Shown: piece after piece, positions 9,482 to 20,662 of the stretch
Position numbering within the stretch: position 1 is the first letter of the stretch
How the letters are laid out: each line of letters opens with the position of its first letter
NCBI GenBank assembly: GCA_050952085.1
Contig: JBMNKH010000004.1
Span: 444,793-508,792 of the forward strand
Source of the DNA: Bacillota bacterium
GTDB taxonomy: Bacteria; Bacillota; Sulfobacillia; Fermentithermobacillales; Fermentithermobacillaceae
Length of the DNA stretch: 64,000 bases
Direction: 5' to 3'
Notes under the pieces: model-generated
Seen by the model: only the letters and a program-made list of their open reading frames with translations
Told to the model about the DNA's origin: nothing
Databases searched by the model: none
Made by a program: the position numbers and the translations under genes

Positions 9482-10765
9482 GTGGGCCCTCTGTTTGAGC
9501 TGGTTAAATCGGTTTTGCGTTCGTACCCGGGCATATTCTCGAACGCAGCTGTTGATGTGCTTTACCTTGTGGTGCTGGGGTTGATTGCCAGCCAGTATGC
9601 AAGGATCCAGCGGACTGAGGAAAAGCTGTACGGGACGGCGTCAAACAAAGCTTTTTGGCAGACACTCACTGCGGTTGGGCTAGGATTGCTCGGAGGGCTT
9701 CTTGCCAGCTTGTTGCTGGTGTTTGTCGGTGTGTCTGTAACAGACAGCGGCATTGCGTATTTGATGCCTGTTGCCCTGGTTCTCTACCTGTTCAGTCCCA
9801 GGCTGCTCTGCTTTTCTTATGCAGGTGGGCTTGCTGCCTTAAGTCATTTGATATTCGGATGGCCTAAGGTGAATGTACCCGCCTTAATGGCGCTTGTAGC
9901 TTGCCTCCATGCTGCAGAAGCTTTTCTTATCCTGCTGTCAGGGCACACATGCTCCACCCCGCTGTACCTTTCCCATGAGAACGGGGAGGTGGTGGGCGGT
10001 TTCGCTTTGCAGCGGTTCTGGCCCATCCCCCTGATAGTGTTGTTTCTGATTAAGGTGCCTGACCTGTCACAGGTGCCTGACTTGATATATTTGCCCGACT
10101 GGTGGCCGCTGATCAAGGCACCTGACATTCCTGGCCCTGGCGAGCCTGTATTCGCCATGATGCCCATAATAGCTGCCCTCGGCTACGGGGATATTGCCCT
10201 AGCCAGGAATCCCAGGGATAAGGCGAAAGTCACCTCAAAGAACCTCGTGTTGTTCAGCATAATACTTCTTATCCTATCGGTTGCGGCGTCAAAGTGGCAG
10301 CTGTTTGCATGGGTAGCTACCCTTTTTGCCCCTATCGGCCATGAGATAGTCATCAGGGCAGGGCTCCGTGAGGAGTACGGGCAAAAGCCAATGTATACGC
10401 CTGTTGAGGAAGGTGTGTTACTGCTGGACGTGGCAGAAGGCAGTCCCGCAAGGGACGCAGGCCTAAGGAGTGGCAACGTGATCCGCCTGGTCAACGATGT
10501 ACAGATAAGCGACAGGCGTTCGCTTGAAGCTGCCCTTGAGGGCACATCCGGGCCTCTTACCTTGTGGATTTCCGAATCCCGTGAAAGCGGAGAACTGCGC
10601 AGGGCAGAAGTGCACCGGGAATCTGACGAAGCGCTGGGACTTATCCCTGTACCCCAACCTGACGACAAGGCTATGGCCGGGTCCAGTCATGAAGGTCCCC
10701 TGCTCAGGTTCATCAGGAACATGATAAGGGGCAAGGATGACAACGGGCAGGATTCTGACAAATAG
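9482..10765 (+). CDS. Polytopic membrane protein with C-terminal PDZ domain
   Basis: Likely GTG start at 9482, after an AAAGGGG RBS. The annotated ATG at 9392 overlaps ctpA. Multiple hydrophobic helices. C-terminal PDZ: GVLLLDVAEGSPARDAGLRSGNVIRLVNDVQI. Confidence 0.6.
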   Translation: MGPLFELVKSVLRSYPGIFSNAAVDVLYLVVLGLIASQYARIQRTEEKLYGTASNKAFWQTLTAVGLGLLGGLLASLLLVFVGVSVTDSGIAYLMPVALVLYLFSPRLLCFSYAGGLAALSHLIFGWPKVNVPALMALVACLHAAEAFLILLSGHTCSTPLYLSHENGEVVGGFALQRFWPIPLIVLFLIKVPDLSQVPDLIYLPDWWPLIKAPDIPGPGEPVFAMMPIIAALGYGDIALARNPRDKAKVTSKNLVLFSIILLILSVAASKWQLFAWVATLFAPIGHEIVIRAGLREEYGQKPMYTPVEEGVLLLDVAEGSPARDAGLRSGNVIRLVNDVQISDRRSLEAALEGTSGPLTLWISESRESGELRRAEVHRESDEALGLIPVPQPDDKAMAGSSHEGPLLRFIRNMIRGKDDNGQDSDK

Positions 10766-10814
10766 CAGGTCATGGCGGTTTTCAACTGTATCCCTCCAGA
10801 CATATATAGAACAT

Positions 10815-10843
10815 TTGATTGCATTGTCCCGTGAAGTTATAAT
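10815..10843 (+). promoter_or_regulatory. Sigma-A type promoter for uvrBAC
   Basis: TTGATT at 10815-10820, 17-nt spacer, TATAAT at 10838-10843. About 20 nt upstream of the uvrB RBS GGAGG. Confidence 0.5.
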
Positions 10844-10860
10844 GAGTGAACGGAGGAATG

Positions 10861-12879
10861 GCAATGCGATCATTTGAACTGATATCTGAATTTACTCCCA
10901 AAGGGGACCAGCCTGAAGCTATCGAGACTTTGATTTCAGGGGTAAAGCAAGGCCACAAGCATCAGATTTTGCTTGGGGTAACCGGATCAGGAAAGACCTT
11001 TACCGTTGCCAATGTCGTAGCCAGGCTTAACCGGCCCACTTTGGTGATTTCACATAACAAGATCCTGGCAGCCCAGCTTGCAACTGAGTTCAAGCACTTT
11101 TTCCCGGACAACGCAGTGGAGTATTTCGTGAGTTACTATGACTACTACCAGCCTGAGGCGTACTTACCTCAAACTGATACCTATATAGAAAAAGATGCGA
11201 TGATCAATGAAGAGATCGACAAGCTCAGGCACTCTGCAACATGCGCCCTTTTTGAGCGGCGGGATGTGCTGGTTGTGGCCAGCGTGTCGTGTATATACGG
11301 TTTGGGCTCCCCTGAAGACTACAGGGACCTGGGGTTGTCCTTACGCACAGGGATGGTCAGGGATCGTGATGCGATTCTCAGGCGGCTTGTGGATATCCAG
11401 TATACCCGGAACGATATCGACTTCCAGCGGGGCACTTTCAGGGTAAGAGGCGACACCATCGAAATCTTCCCGGCAGGCTATTCTGACACGGCTGTACGGG
11501 TTGAACTGTTTGGGGATGAAATCGAAAGGCTGCTTGAGTTTGAAGTGCTCACAGGCAGGGCGCTTTCAGAGATGAACCACATCATGATTTACCCGGCTAA
11601 GCACCATGTGGTGAAAGATGAGAAGATGCGTGACGCCATCAGCTCTATTGAAGAAGAACTCCACCACAGGCTCAAAGAACTGAGGGATCAGGGCAAGATA
11701 CTTGAAGCATACCGGTTGGAGCAACGTACAAGGTTTGACCTGGAAATGCTCGAAGAAATGGGGTATTGTCCCGGGATTGAAAACTATTCGCGGCACCTTA
11801 CCGGGCGGGCGCCGGGCCAGCCCCCCTATACCCTCCTGGACTTCTTTCCTGAAGATTTCCTGGTTGTAATAGACGAATCCCACGTGACCATTCCCCAGAT
11901 CCGGGCAATGTATGCAGGGGATCGTTCAAGGAAAGAATCACTGGTGAACTACGGCTTCAGGCTGCCGTCAGCTTTCGACAACAGGCCCCTTACTTTTGAC
12001 GAGTTCATGGACAAGGTCGGGCTGGTGATATACGTATCTGCCACGCCTGGCGATTTTGAACTTGAGAGGGCAACCCAGATTGCAGAGCAAGTAGTAAGGC
12101 CTACAGGGCTGGTTGACCCCGTGGTGGAAGTGAGGCCTGTCAAGAACCAGATAGATGACTTGATCGGTGAAGTACGGAAGGTCGTAGCCAGGAATGAACG
12201 GGTCTTGGTTACCACCTTAACCAAACGGATGGCTGAAGACCTGACAGAATATTTGCGTGAAATCGGGCTCAAAGTAAGGTACATGCACTCTGATGTTGAA
12301 ACCATAGAAAGAATGGAAATTATCAGGGACTTGCGCCTGGGAGTATTTGATGTGCTAATAGGGATAAACCTTCTCAGGGAAGGGCTGGACCTGCCTGAAG
12401 TGTCTCTGGTTTGCATACTTGACGCTGACAAAGAAGGCTTTCTCAGGTCTGAGACTTCGCTGATACAGACTATCGGCCGGGCTGCAAGAAATGTAAACAG
12501 CAAGGTCATAATGTATGCAGATACCATCACCGGTTCCATGGAGCGGGCGATCAAAGAAACAGAGCGGCGCAGGACCAAACAAACTTTATATAATCAAAAG
12601 CACGGGATTGTTCCACAGACCGTCCAAAAGCAAATTCACGATGTAATCCAACACGGCAAGCCCCTAGAGCCTGAAGCTGTACTCAAAGACAAGAGTTTTG
12701 ATGAGATTCCAAAGCAAGCTGTGCCAGAGCTTATCGCTGAGCTCATGGCGGAAATGAAACAAGCTTCATCGAACCTTGAATTTGAAAGGGCGGCACTGCT
12801 GAGGGACATGATATTTGAACTAGAGAAGCAAATAGACAAGCCTTCCAAGCTAAGGAGACGCAAAGATGCAAAACGGTAA
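10861..12879 (+). CDS. uvrB: Excinuclease ABC subunit B
   Basis: [14 protein letters not shown]...GVTGSGKTF Walker A, helicase motifs, C-terminal UvrB/UvrC interaction helix. Confidence 0.95.
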   Translation, partial: AMRSFELISEFTPKGDQPEAIETLISGVKQGHKHQILLGVTGSGKTFTVANVVARLNRPTLVISHNKILAAQLATEFKHFFPDNAVEYFVSYYDYYQPEAYLPQTDTYIEKDAMINEEIDKLRHSATCALFERRDVLVVASVSCIYGLGSPEDYRDLGLSLRTGMVRDRDAILRRLVDIQYTRNDIDFQRGTFRVRGDTIEIFPAGYSDTAVRVELFGDEIERLLEFEVLTGRALSEMNHIMIYPAKHHVVKDEKMRDAISSIEEELHHRLKELRDQGKILEAYRLEQRTRFDLEMLEEMGYCPGIENYSRHLTGRAPGQPPYTLLDFFPEDFLVVIDESHVTIPQIRAMYAGDRSRKESLVNYGFRLPSAFDNRPLTFDEFMDKVGLVIYVSATPGDFELERATQIAEQVVRPTGLVDPVVEVRPVKNQIDDLIGEVRKVVARNERVLVTTLTKRMAEDLTEYLREIGLKVRYMHSDVETIERMEIIRDLRLGVFDVLIGINLLREGLDLPEVSLVCILDADKEGFLRSETSLIQTIGRAARNVNSKVIMYADTITGSMERAIKETERRRTKQTLYNQKHGIVPQTVQKQIHDVIQHGKPLEPEAVLKDKSFDEIPKQAVPELIAELMAEMKQASSNLEFERAALLRDMIFELEKQIDKPSKLRRRKDAKR

Positions 12880-15757
12880 GCTGGTAATTGAGGGTGCGCG
12901 ACAGCATAACCTTAAGAACATAAACCTGGAGATTCCCAGGAACACCTTGACGGTGATAACAGGGCTGTCGGGTTCAGGGAAGAGTTCCCTGGCTTTCGAC
13001 ACCATATATGCCGAGGGCCAGAGACGGTACGTTGAATCCCTGTCTGCTTACGCCAGGCAGTTCCTGGGGCTTATGAACAAACCTGACGTGGACCGGATAG
13101 AAGGGTTGTCGCCGGCCATTTCAATAGACCAGAAGGCAGGCAGCCGCAACCCGCGCTCTACTGTGGCCACGGTCACTGAGATATATGACTACCTCAGGCT
13201 TCTGTACGCCAGGATTGGGCATCCCCACTGCCCCCAATGCGGCAAGCCTGTTTCCCAGCAGACGGTGGATCAAATCGCAGATCAGGTGTTGTCCTTGCCT
13301 GAAGGAACCCGGTTTTCGGTGTTAGCTCCACTGGTGGTAGGGAGAAAAGGCGAATACAGCAAGGTCTTTGATGATATCCAAAAGGCAGGCTTCATAAGAG
13401 CCAGGGTGGACGGTGTTACTGCAGAGGTTTCAGAGTTCGTGGGGAAACGGTTGTCCAGGCATCAGAAGCACACTATAGAAGCCGTGGTTGACAGGTTGAT
13501 AATCAGGGATGGTATCAGGCCACGCCTTATCGACTCTATTGAAACTGCCATATCGTTTTCAGGGAACCTGGTGGTTATCGAAGTGTTTGGCGAAGACAAG
13601 CGGGACCTGATATTCAGCCAGACCTTGTCATGCCCTGATTGCGGCATCTCTATCCCGGAACTTGAACCCAGGTTGTTCTCATTCAACAGCCCCTTTGGAG
13701 CGTGTCCGGATTGTAACGGCCTGGGTGTCAACATGGAACTTGATCCTGACATGATCATTCCCGATAAGAGGAAGTCGATTTCCGACGGCGCAGTAGCGCC
13801 GCGGAACGGTACTCCAGACAGCTACTACTATCAACTGCTGGAGGCTGTTGCTGACTATTTTGGCTTTTCCACAGATACGCCCATACAAGATCTGTCGCCT
13901 GAACATGTACATATCATCTTGTACGGAGCTCCTGACCACAAGATCCCGTTCCATTACGAAAACAGGTACGGCAGGATGTATGACCGCGCAGTTACTTACT
14001 CAGGAGTGATAGCCAACCTTGAAAGGCGGTACAAGCAGACGTCAAGCAATTACATCCGCCAGTGGATTGAAGGGTTCATGGCAACTGTGCCCTGCAATGT
14101 GTGCAACGGGCAGCGGCTCAAGCCTGAAGCCTTGGCGGTTACTGTAGGCGGGCTCAACATAGCTCAACTTACCGGCATGTCGTGTGAAAGGGCGCTTGAG
14201 TTCATCCGGGGGCTAAAGCTGACGCAGCGTGAAACCCTTATCGCCCGGCAGATAATAAAGGAACTCGGCGCACGTCTGGAGTTCCTCCTAAACGTGGGTC
14301 TTGGCTACCTTACTCTAGACAGGCAGGCAGGCAGTCTCTCAGGCGGCGAAGCCCAGAGGATACGCCTTGCAACCCAGATTGGCTCTGGCCTGGTAGGGGT
14401 GCTCTATGTGTTAGATGAGCCCAGCATCGGGCTTCACGCCAGGGATAACGGGAAACTCTTGGGCACCTTGGAGCGGTTGCGAGATCTGGGCAATACAGTA
14501 ATCGTGGTGGAACATGACGAAGAAACAATCAGGTCTGCTGACTACGTAGTAGATATCGGGCCCGGTGCAGGCAAAGACGGGGGCCATGTTGTAGTAGCAG
14601 GATCCGTAGCCGATGTGATGAACTGCCAGGATTCGCTCACAGGGGCGTATCTTTCAGGCAAGAAGGAAATCCCCGTTCCCAAGGAGCGGCGTACCTCAGA
14701 TAGGTTCATAAAGATCGTAGGGGCCCGTGAGCACAACCTGAAAAACATAGACGTGAGAATCCCCTTGGGCGTGTTTACGTGTGTTACAGGAGTGTCGGGT
14801 TCGGGCAAGAGCACCCTGGTAGACATTATCCTCCACAGGAAACTGGCTTCAGCATTACACGGGGCCAGGGAACGGGCAGGTGACCATGACGGGATCGAGG
14901 GAGTTGAACAGTTGGAGAAAGTGATAAACATAGACCAGTCGCCCATCGGCCGCACCCCAAGATCGAACCCTGCTACATATACAGGTGTTTTCACTGACAT
15001 CCGGCAGCTTTACGCCATGACGCCTGAAGCTAAGATGAGAGGTTACAAACCCGGCAGATTCAGTTTCAACGTGAAAGGCGGCAGGTGCGAGGCGTGCAAA
15101 GGCGATGGTATTCTCCGCATCGAGATGCAGTTTCTTCCCGATGTATATGTGCCCTGCGAGGTGTGCCACGGGAAGCGGTACAACAGCCAGACACTTGAGG
15201 TGAAATACAGGGGCAAGACGATAGCTGATGTACTTGACATGACAGTCGAAGAAGCGCTTGAGTTCTTTAAGAACGTGCCTGTGATCCAACGCAAACTAAA
15301 GACGCTGTTCGACGTAGGGTTGGGGTATATAAAGCTGGGACAGCCTGCAACCACCTTGTCAGGCGGCGAAGCCCAACGGGTAAAGCTGGCATCTGAGCTG
15401 TCCAGGCGGGGCAACGAGAAAACCCTGTACATCCTGGATGAGCCCACTACAGGACTTCACTTTGAAGATGTGCGTAAACTCCTGAACATATTGCAGCGGT
15501 TGGTAGATGCAGGCAGCACCGTGGTTGTAATCGAACATAACCTGGATGTGATCAAGACTGCAGACCACATAATCGACCTGGGGCCTGAAGGCGGGGAGAA
15601 AGGCGGGTTTGTAGTTGCCGAGGGCACTCCCGAAGAAGTAGCTGCATGTCCCTCTTCATACACAGGCCAATACCTCAAGCACGTACTCAGCGTACTGTCT
15701 CCCCTTCAACCAGCCGCAGCTAGTGGGATGACGGAGGCCGGCGGGGATGAAACCTAG
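12866..15757 (+). CDS. uvrA: Excinuclease ABC subunit A
   Basis: Two ABC modules ([10 protein letters not shown] and [10 protein letters not shown]), zinc-finger cysteines CPxC, LSGGEAQR signatures. Overlaps the uvrB stop. Confidence 0.95.
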   Translation: MQNGKLVIEGARQHNLKNINLEIPRNTLTVITGLSGSGKSSLAFDTIYAEGQRRYVESLSAYARQFLGLMNKPDVDRIEGLSPAISIDQKAGSRNPRSTVATVTEIYDYLRLLYARIGHPHCPQCGKPVSQQTVDQIADQVLSLPEGTRFSVLAPLVVGRKGEYSKVFDDIQKAGFIRARVDGVTAEVSEFVGKRLSRHQKHTIEAVVDRLIIRDGIRPRLIDSIETAISFSGNLVVIEVFGEDKRDLIFSQTLSCPDCGISIPELEPRLFSFNSPFGACPDCNGLGVNMELDPDMIIPDKRKSISDGAVAPRNGTPDSYYYQLLEAVADYFGFSTDTPIQDLSPEHVHIILYGAPDHKIPFHYENRYGRMYDRAVTYSGVIANLERRYKQTSSNYIRQWIEGFMATVPCNVCNGQRLKPEALAVTVGGLNIAQLTGMSCERALEFIRGLKLTQRETLIARQIIKELGARLEFLLNVGLGYLTLDRQAGSLSGGEAQRIRLATQIGSGLVGVLYVLDEPSIGLHARDNGKLLGTLERLRDLGNTVIVVEHDEETIRSADYVVDIGPGAGKDGGHVVVAGSVADVMNCQDSLTGAYLSGKKEIPVPKERRTSDRFIKIVGAREHNLKNIDVRIPLGVFTCVTGVSGSGKSTLVDIILHRKLASALHGARERAGDHDGIEGVEQLEKVINIDQSPIGRTPRSNPATYTGVFTDIRQLYAMTPEAKMRGYKPGRFSFNVKGGRCEACKGDGILRIEMQFLPDVYVPCEVCHGKRYNSQTLEVKYRGKTIADVLDMTVEEALEFFKNVPVIQRKLKTLFDVGLGYIKLGQPATTLSGGEAQRVKLASELSRRGNEKTLYILDEPTTGLHFEDVRKLLNILQRLVDAGSTVVVIEHNLDVIKTADHIIDLGPEGGEKGGFVVAEGTPEEVAACPSSYTGQYLKHVLSVLSPLQPAAASGMTEAGGDET

Positions 15758-17630
15758 TTCTATCGACCGCATGTGGGCCGGGTTCAAAGGTAACAGGCAT
15801 GAGCTTGCAGAGCACGTGAACGGATTGCCCGGTTCCCCGGGCGTGTACGTATTCCGGGGCGAGGGCGGTGAGATTCTATACGTGGGAAAGGCAATAAACC
15901 TCAAGAACAGGGTCCGTTCATATTTCGGGTCAAACCTGCCTGTAAAGACAGAAGCTCTTATGTCCAGGGTGGAAGGCCTGGAGATTATCGTAGTGGATTC
16001 AGAGGCGGAAGCCTTCATCCTCGAATCAAACCTCATCAAGAAGCACAGGCCGCGCTACAACATACTCCTTAGGGATGACAAGCAATACCCTTACTTGAGG
16101 ATAAACCTCAATGACCAGTGGCCCACTGTATCGGTGGTAAGGAGGATGAGCAAAGACGGCGCCAGGTATTTCGGGCCATTTACCAGGTCGGGCTCTGTCC
16201 GGGAAACGCTTTCCTTCTTGCGCAGGATTTTCCCATACAGGACTTGCTCAGACAGGAGTCTTGCCCAGGCAACCAGGCCGTGTCTCAATTACCACATAGG
16301 GCGGTGTTTAGGACCGTGTACCGGCGAAATCAGCCGGGATGAATACATGGAAACCATCAATGAAGTGGTTAAGTTCCTTGAAGGGCGGCATAAAGACGTC
16401 AGAAAGCGCTTGGAAAAGCGTATGCTGGAGCTTGCTTCTAATCTCGATTTTGAGAATGCTGCAAGGGTAAGGGACAGGATTCAAGCTCTTGATGATGTGA
16501 CAGAGCGCCAGAAGGTTGTGCTCAACGATATGAAAGACAGGGATGTGCTCGGGCTGGCACGTTCGGGTAAGTATGCCTTTGTGGCCCTGCTCCCGGTGCG
16601 GGAAGGTAAACTCATGGGCAGGGAAGGCTTTGTGCTTACCGGGAGCGAGTTGGATGACGACCGGGAAGTGATAAGAGCTTTCATAACCCAGTACTATCCC
16701 AAAGCCCCCTTTGTGCCCAGGGAGATTGTGATTCCTGTTGCTTTGGAGGATGAAGACGAGATCAACCGCTATATCGGGACAAAGCTGCGTACCCCCAAAC
16801 GCGGCGTGTTCAAAGAACTCGTGGAAATGGCTTCGGAGAACGCCACGGCCATGATGGATACAAGCATGCCCAAGTATAAGAGGGAGGCCGGCGAGTACTT
16901 ACAGGCCATGGAAGACCTGGCCAGAGCTTTGGACCTGCCTGGCTTGCCCATGAGAATAGAGGGCTATGACATATCCAACATCTCGGGGAAAGAAGCTGTA
17001 GCGTCAATGGTGGTGCTATACAACGGAAAACCCGAGAAATCCTCTTACCGGCGTTTCCGCATCAAGACAGGAGACAAACCCAATGACGTTGCTATGATGC
17101 AGGAGGCTCTGTGGCGGCGGTTCAAGAGTGGCCTGGATGACCGGGTAAAGTCTGAAGGCCAGGGCAATACCTTGCTTAGGCAAAGCAAGTTTGCGGTATT
17201 CCCGGATCTTGTGATAGTGGACGGGGGGAAGGGCCAGGCCAACGCAGCAAAACAGGTGTTAGACGAACTTGGGCTCAGCATTCCTGTGGCTGCGCTGGCT
17301 GAGAAGAATGAAGAACTGTTTCTTCCCGGTGCCAAAGAGCCTATAATCTTAGCCCGCGACTCGGGCGCCTTGTTTCTGGTTATCCGTCTGAGGGATGAAG
17401 CTCACCGCTTCGCCCTGTCGTATCACCGCAAACTCAGGAAAAAGAAGACCCTGCAAAGTGAACTGTCGGACATTCCAGGGTTAGGCCCTGCGAGAATCAG
17501 GCAGCTTCTTAGCACTTTCGGCAGCGTGGATTCAATAAAAAAAGCTTCCCTTGAGGATCTCCAGAAAAGTGAGGGCATAGGACCCCATCTCGCAAGGACA
17601 ATCTATGAACACTTTAACAAACCCCAGTGA
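15747..17630 (+). CDS. uvrC: Excinuclease ABC subunit C (start may be the ATG at 15771)
   Basis: GIY-YIG N-terminal domain ([30 protein letters not shown]), UvrBC domain, C-terminal RNaseH-like and HhH. Confidence 0.92.
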   Translation: MKPSSIDRMWAGFKGNRHELAEHVNGLPGSPGVYVFRGEGGEILYVGKAINLKNRVRSYFGSNLPVKTEALMSRVEGLEIIVVDSEAEAFILESNLIKKHRPRYNILLRDDKQYPYLRINLNDQWPTVSVVRRMSKDGARYFGPFTRSGSVRETLSFLRRIFPYRTCSDRSLAQATRPCLNYHIGRCLGPCTGEISRDEYMETINEVVKFLEGRHKDVRKRLEKRMLELASNLDFENAARVRDRIQALDDVTERQKVVLNDMKDRDVLGLARSGKYAFVALLPVREGKLMGREGFVLTGSELDDDREVIRAFITQYYPKAPFVPREIVIPVALEDEDEINRYIGTKLRTPKRGVFKELVEMASENATAMMDTSMPKYKREAGEYLQAMEDLARALDLPGLPMRIEGYDISNISGKEAVASMVVLYNGKPEKSSYRRFRIKTGDKPNDVAMMQEALWRRFKSGLDDRVKSEGQGNTLLRQSKFAVFPDLVIVDGGKGQANAAKQVLDELGLSIPVAALAEKNEELFLPGAKEPIILARDSGALFLVIRLRDEAHRFALSYHRKLRKKKTLQSELSDIPGLGPARIRQLLSTFGSVDSIKKASLEDLQKSEGIGPHLARTIYEHFNKPQ

Positions 17631-17639
17631 TTTCAAATA

Positions 17640-17705
17640 ATATTAATATCAAGCCTTAACAATATTAATATAGCTATTGACATTTTGAAAGTTAGCCCGT
17701 ATTAT
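17640..17705 (+). promoter_or_regulatory. Strong sigma-A promoter with two 10-bp palindromes (ATATTAATAT) immediately upstream/overlapping -35
   Basis: TTGACA at 17677-17682, 17-nt spacer, TATTAT at 17700-17705. ATATTAATAT at 17640-17649 and 17662-17671, centres 22 bp apart. Confidence 0.55.
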
Positions 17706-17729
17706 TATTGCCAGAAGGTGGGGATCAAA

Positions 17730-18128
17730 GTGAAAAGAGAAGTGATCGGACGTTGCCCGGTATGCTCTGAAGCTTTGGAAGTGACCCAGTTGACGTGTCC
17801 CGCGTGCAATACAACCATATCAGGCCGCTTCAAGATGTGTAAGTTTTGCAGCCTTACCGAGGAGCAGAAGTATTTTGCTGAGGTTTTCATCAAGAACCGC
17901 GGAAACATCAGGGAAGTCGAAAAGGAACTCGGGATTTCTTACCCGACCGTCCGCGGGCGTCTTGAAGCATTGATAAGAGCGCTCGGATATCCGGTTGATT
18001 CAGAGCCAGGCCAGGCCAGCGCGGAGGAGTACGCAGGGAAACGCAAGCAAGTATTGGATAGGCTTTCCCAGGGTGAGATTACCGCTTCAGAAGCTGTCCG
18101 GTTGCTGAGGAATCTTGGTTCAAAGTAG
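17730..18128 (+). CDS. DUF2089-like zinc-ribbon/HTH protein (YvlA-like)
   Basis: GTG at 17730 after GAAGGTGGGG RBS. CPVC...CPAC zinc ribbon followed by a helix-turn-helix (NIREVEKELGISYPTVRGRL). Confidence 0.7.
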   Translation: MKREVIGRCPVCSEALEVTQLTCPACNTTISGRFKMCKFCSLTEEQKYFAEVFIKNRGNIREVEKELGISYPTVRGRLEALIRALGYPVDSEPGQASAEEYAGKRKQVLDRLSQGEITASEAVRLLRNLGSK

Positions 18129-18195
18129 GGATGAACGGCGTTCGCCGGTCAAGACCATGACATGACCGGGGCGCAGTAATCAAGGAGGAAGTCCC

Positions 18196-19290
18196 ATGTC
18201 CAAAGAAGAGAAAATGCTGGTTTTGCAGATGGTGGCAGACGGGCAGATCACACCTGAACAAGGCGTTGAACTGCTGAACGCATTGGAACCGGGAAAGGCC
18301 CATGGGCTGTCATATGGGATATCCCAAGGGATATCAGAGGGGCTATCTCGTGGGCTGTCTTTTGAAACGGACATCGGAGACGTTGTAAGGCAAAAGGTTG
18401 AAGAAGCTTCTGTAAGGGTAGAAGACATTGCCGGAGGCGTAGCGGGCAATATCGGGAAAGTGTTATCACAGATCTTTGGAGGCACCTCCTTTGGCGGTTC
18501 AAGGTTTGAGTTTACAGAGGAAATCAGGGGCGAATTCCCGGAAGACGGTGAGCTTGAGGTCGGCGTTTGGACATCCAATGGCAGGATTCATGTTGAAACT
18601 TGGGATGAGCCAGGTTACCTGCTTACGGTAATCAAGAAGATCCGTGCCCAGGATGAAGATGAAGCCAGGCAGGTGCTTGAAAACTGCTACGAGTTCAGTC
18701 AGGAAAGGCTATCCCTCAAGGTCAAGGCCACTGATAAGCATGGCCTGGACTTCAGGGGCCTGTCTGTAGGTTTTTCCTTGAAAGTACCTGCATCCAGAAA
18801 AGCTTCGTTAACTCTGAAGTCTGCCAATGGCCGGGTAACAGCTGACAAGCTGAATGGAAGCAGTTGCTTAATGGGTACGGCCAATGGACGGGTAGTGGCG
18901 TCCGGTTGCGGGTTTGATAAGGTCCGGCTGAGCACGGCCAACGGAAGGATAGAGTACGAGGGTACTGCCGGTGAACTGGATGCCTCAACTGCCAACGGGT
19001 CTGTCAACGCAGAGCTAAAGGGTGCAGGTGACTGGCGGTTTAGCAGTGCCAACGGACGCATAAGCATCAATGTCAGCAAGGATGCCAACGCAGCTTATGA
19101 ATTGGATCTGTCGGCAAGAGCAGGTGGCATCACAGTTGAAGGCATGGACGATGCGGAAGTGGCGGAGGATGTGGCAGTAGGCAGACACAGGAGGCGTTAC
19201 AAGGCCCGTTCCCGGGGATTTGAAAATGCCGGCGTGAAAGGGCGAATAAGAGCTACGACCGGCAACGGCAGGATCCGGGTCTTGTTTTGA
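18196..19290 (+). CDS. DUF4097 family beta-repeat protein (YvlB/LiaG-like) with a short N-terminal helical module
   Basis: Repeated SANGRV/TANGRV/TANGSV beta-strand units through the C-terminal two thirds. N-terminal motif MLVLQMVADGQITPEQGVELLNALEP. Confidence 0.7.
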   Translation: MSKEEKMLVLQMVADGQITPEQGVELLNALEPGKAHGLSYGISQGISEGLSRGLSFETDIGDVVRQKVEEASVRVEDIAGGVAGNIGKVLSQIFGGTSFGGSRFEFTEEIRGEFPEDGELEVGVWTSNGRIHVETWDEPGYLLTVIKKIRAQDEDEARQVLENCYEFSQERLSLKVKATDKHGLDFRGLSVGFSLKVPASRKASLTLKSANGRVTADKLNGSSCLMGTANGRVVASGCGFDKVRLSTANGRIEYEGTAGELDASTANGSVNAELKGAGDWRFSSANGRISINVSKDANAAYELDLSARAGGITVEGMDDAEVAEDVAVGRHRRRYKARSRGFENAGVKGRIRATTGNGRIRVLF

Positions 19291-19304
19291 AAGGAGAGCC
19301 TGGT

Positions 19305-19694
19305 ATGCAAGAGGAACGCATGCGCATATTGCAGATGCTTAAAGAGGGGAAAATAACTGTAGACGAATCGCTGAAGCTGCTCGAAGCTCTGGAACCTGAG
19401 GCGGCCGGAGAACCTGAACCGGCGGTTCAAACAAGAGCAAAATGGCTCAGGATACGCATTACCGAACGTGGAAAAGACAAGCCCAAAGTGATGGTAACCC
19501 TTCCTGTGGGGCTGGTGGACTGGGCCCTGAGGACAGGAAGCAAGTTCGCGTCCCTGGGCGGCGCAGATCTTGGCGAGATGGGCATAGACCTCAACCAGCT
19601 AAGAGCTGCGCTGGTATATGGCGGTATGAAGGGCAAGATTATTGACGTGATGGACGATGAGGAAGGGCAACGGGTAGAAATCGAATTAGAATGA
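19305..19694 (+). CDS. Small protein carrying the same N-terminal helical motif as the DUF4097 protein
   Basis: AGGAGA RBS then ATG at 19305. MRILQMLKEGKITVDESLKLLEALEPE parallels the N-terminus of the upstream gene. Confidence 0.55.
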   Translation: MQEERMRILQMLKEGKITVDESLKLLEALEPEAAGEPEPAVQTRAKWLRIRITERGKDKPKVMVTLPVGLVDWALRTGSKFASLGGADLGEMGIDLNQLRAALVYGGMKGKIIDVMDDEEGQRVEIELE

Positions 19695-19773
19695 TACGCG
19701 GATCTGTAGCGGACTGTAACTAAGGTGGATGAAGATCGGTTACAGGGAGCACCGGTTATAGGGACCGGTTATA

Positions 19774-19805
19774 GGGAGCAGGTCATTGCTCCCTCTTGTA
19801 CTTAT
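19774..19805 (+). terminator. Putative terminator hairpin at a convergent gene junction
   Basis: GGGAGCA-ggtcat-TGCTCCC (19774-19793) followed by a moderately T-rich tail. Overlaps the last codons of whiA on the other strand. Confidence 0.4.
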
Positions 19806-20649
19806 TCCGCAAACTGTCAGCTTTTTGAGCGATCCGTCTCATCCTGTGATTTACCGCTGATTTTGATATGGGCGGATTAAGGGTCTGCCCCAGTTCTTCC
19901 AAGGTAAGCGCCTGGTTGTTCAGCCGGGCCTCAGCTATTTCCCGCAGGGCTTTGGGGAGACGCTTTAGCCCGATTTCCTCATCGATCAGGAGGATATCTT
20001 CGATCTGTTTGACGCACGATTCAACGGATCTTGACAAATTGGCCTTGTCCATGTTCATCTGTCTCAGAACCGAACTCTTTACGGTCTTCTGCACCCTGAT
20101 ATCTTCGTACCTCAACACTGAGCGGGATGCGCCTAGCAGGGCGAGGAATCGCGAAATCTCATCTGCGTCCTTCAGGTAAACCACCCACGAAGAGCGCCGT
20201 TTTATAATTCCGCTCTTGAGTCCCTCGTCAGCGATGAGCTTCTTTACAAGCAAGGCTTGTTCTTCAGTTGGCAAGGCTATTTCGAGATGATGGCCGCGGA
20301 CAGGGGACAAGAGCGAACCCTTTACCAGGAATACACCCCGCAGGTAGCTCCTCCTGTTCTGAGTGTCGTCAAGTTTATCCCTTCTGAGAGGCTGAGCCCC
20401 TGACAGCTTTTGTCGCAGGTAGAAAAGTCTTCGCAGCAAGTAGGGCTTTACCTGTAATCTCTGGGTTGATGGTGGCTGTTCAAGATGTGCCTGGATCTTG
20501 CCTTCACCGGCCCCGCCTTTGCCCTCTAAGAGGCTTCTGATGGCATAATTCTCCCACGAGGCCTGAGATGCACTGGTTATCTCAACCCTGGATAATTCGT
20601 CTTTGAGTACCCTGGAAAACGTGTCTCTCTCGATTCTCATAAGATCCAA
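19783..20649 (-). CDS. whiA: DNA-binding protein WhiA
   Basis: N-terminal FSRVLKDELSRVEI, central LAGLIDADG-like SYLRGVFLVKGSLLSP...HHLEI, C-terminal HTH SKSAVNHRMRRI. Downstream of rapZ-yvcK, as in Firmicutes. Confidence 0.82.
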   Translation of the reverse strand: MDLMRIERDTFSRVLKDELSRVEITSASQASWENYAIRSLLEGKGGAGEGKIQAHLEQPPSTQRLQVKPYLLRRLFYLRQKLSGAQPLRRDKLDDTQNRRSYLRGVFLVKGSLLSPVRGHHLEIALPTEEQALLVKKLIADEGLKSGIIKRRSSWVVYLKDADEISRFLALLGASRSVLRYEDIRVQKTVKSSVLRQMNMDKANLSRSVESCVKQIEDILLIDEEIGLKRLPKALREIAEARLNNQALTLEELGQTLNPPISKSAVNHRMRRIAQKADSLRNKYKREQ

Positions 20650-20662
20650 AACGCACCTGTCG

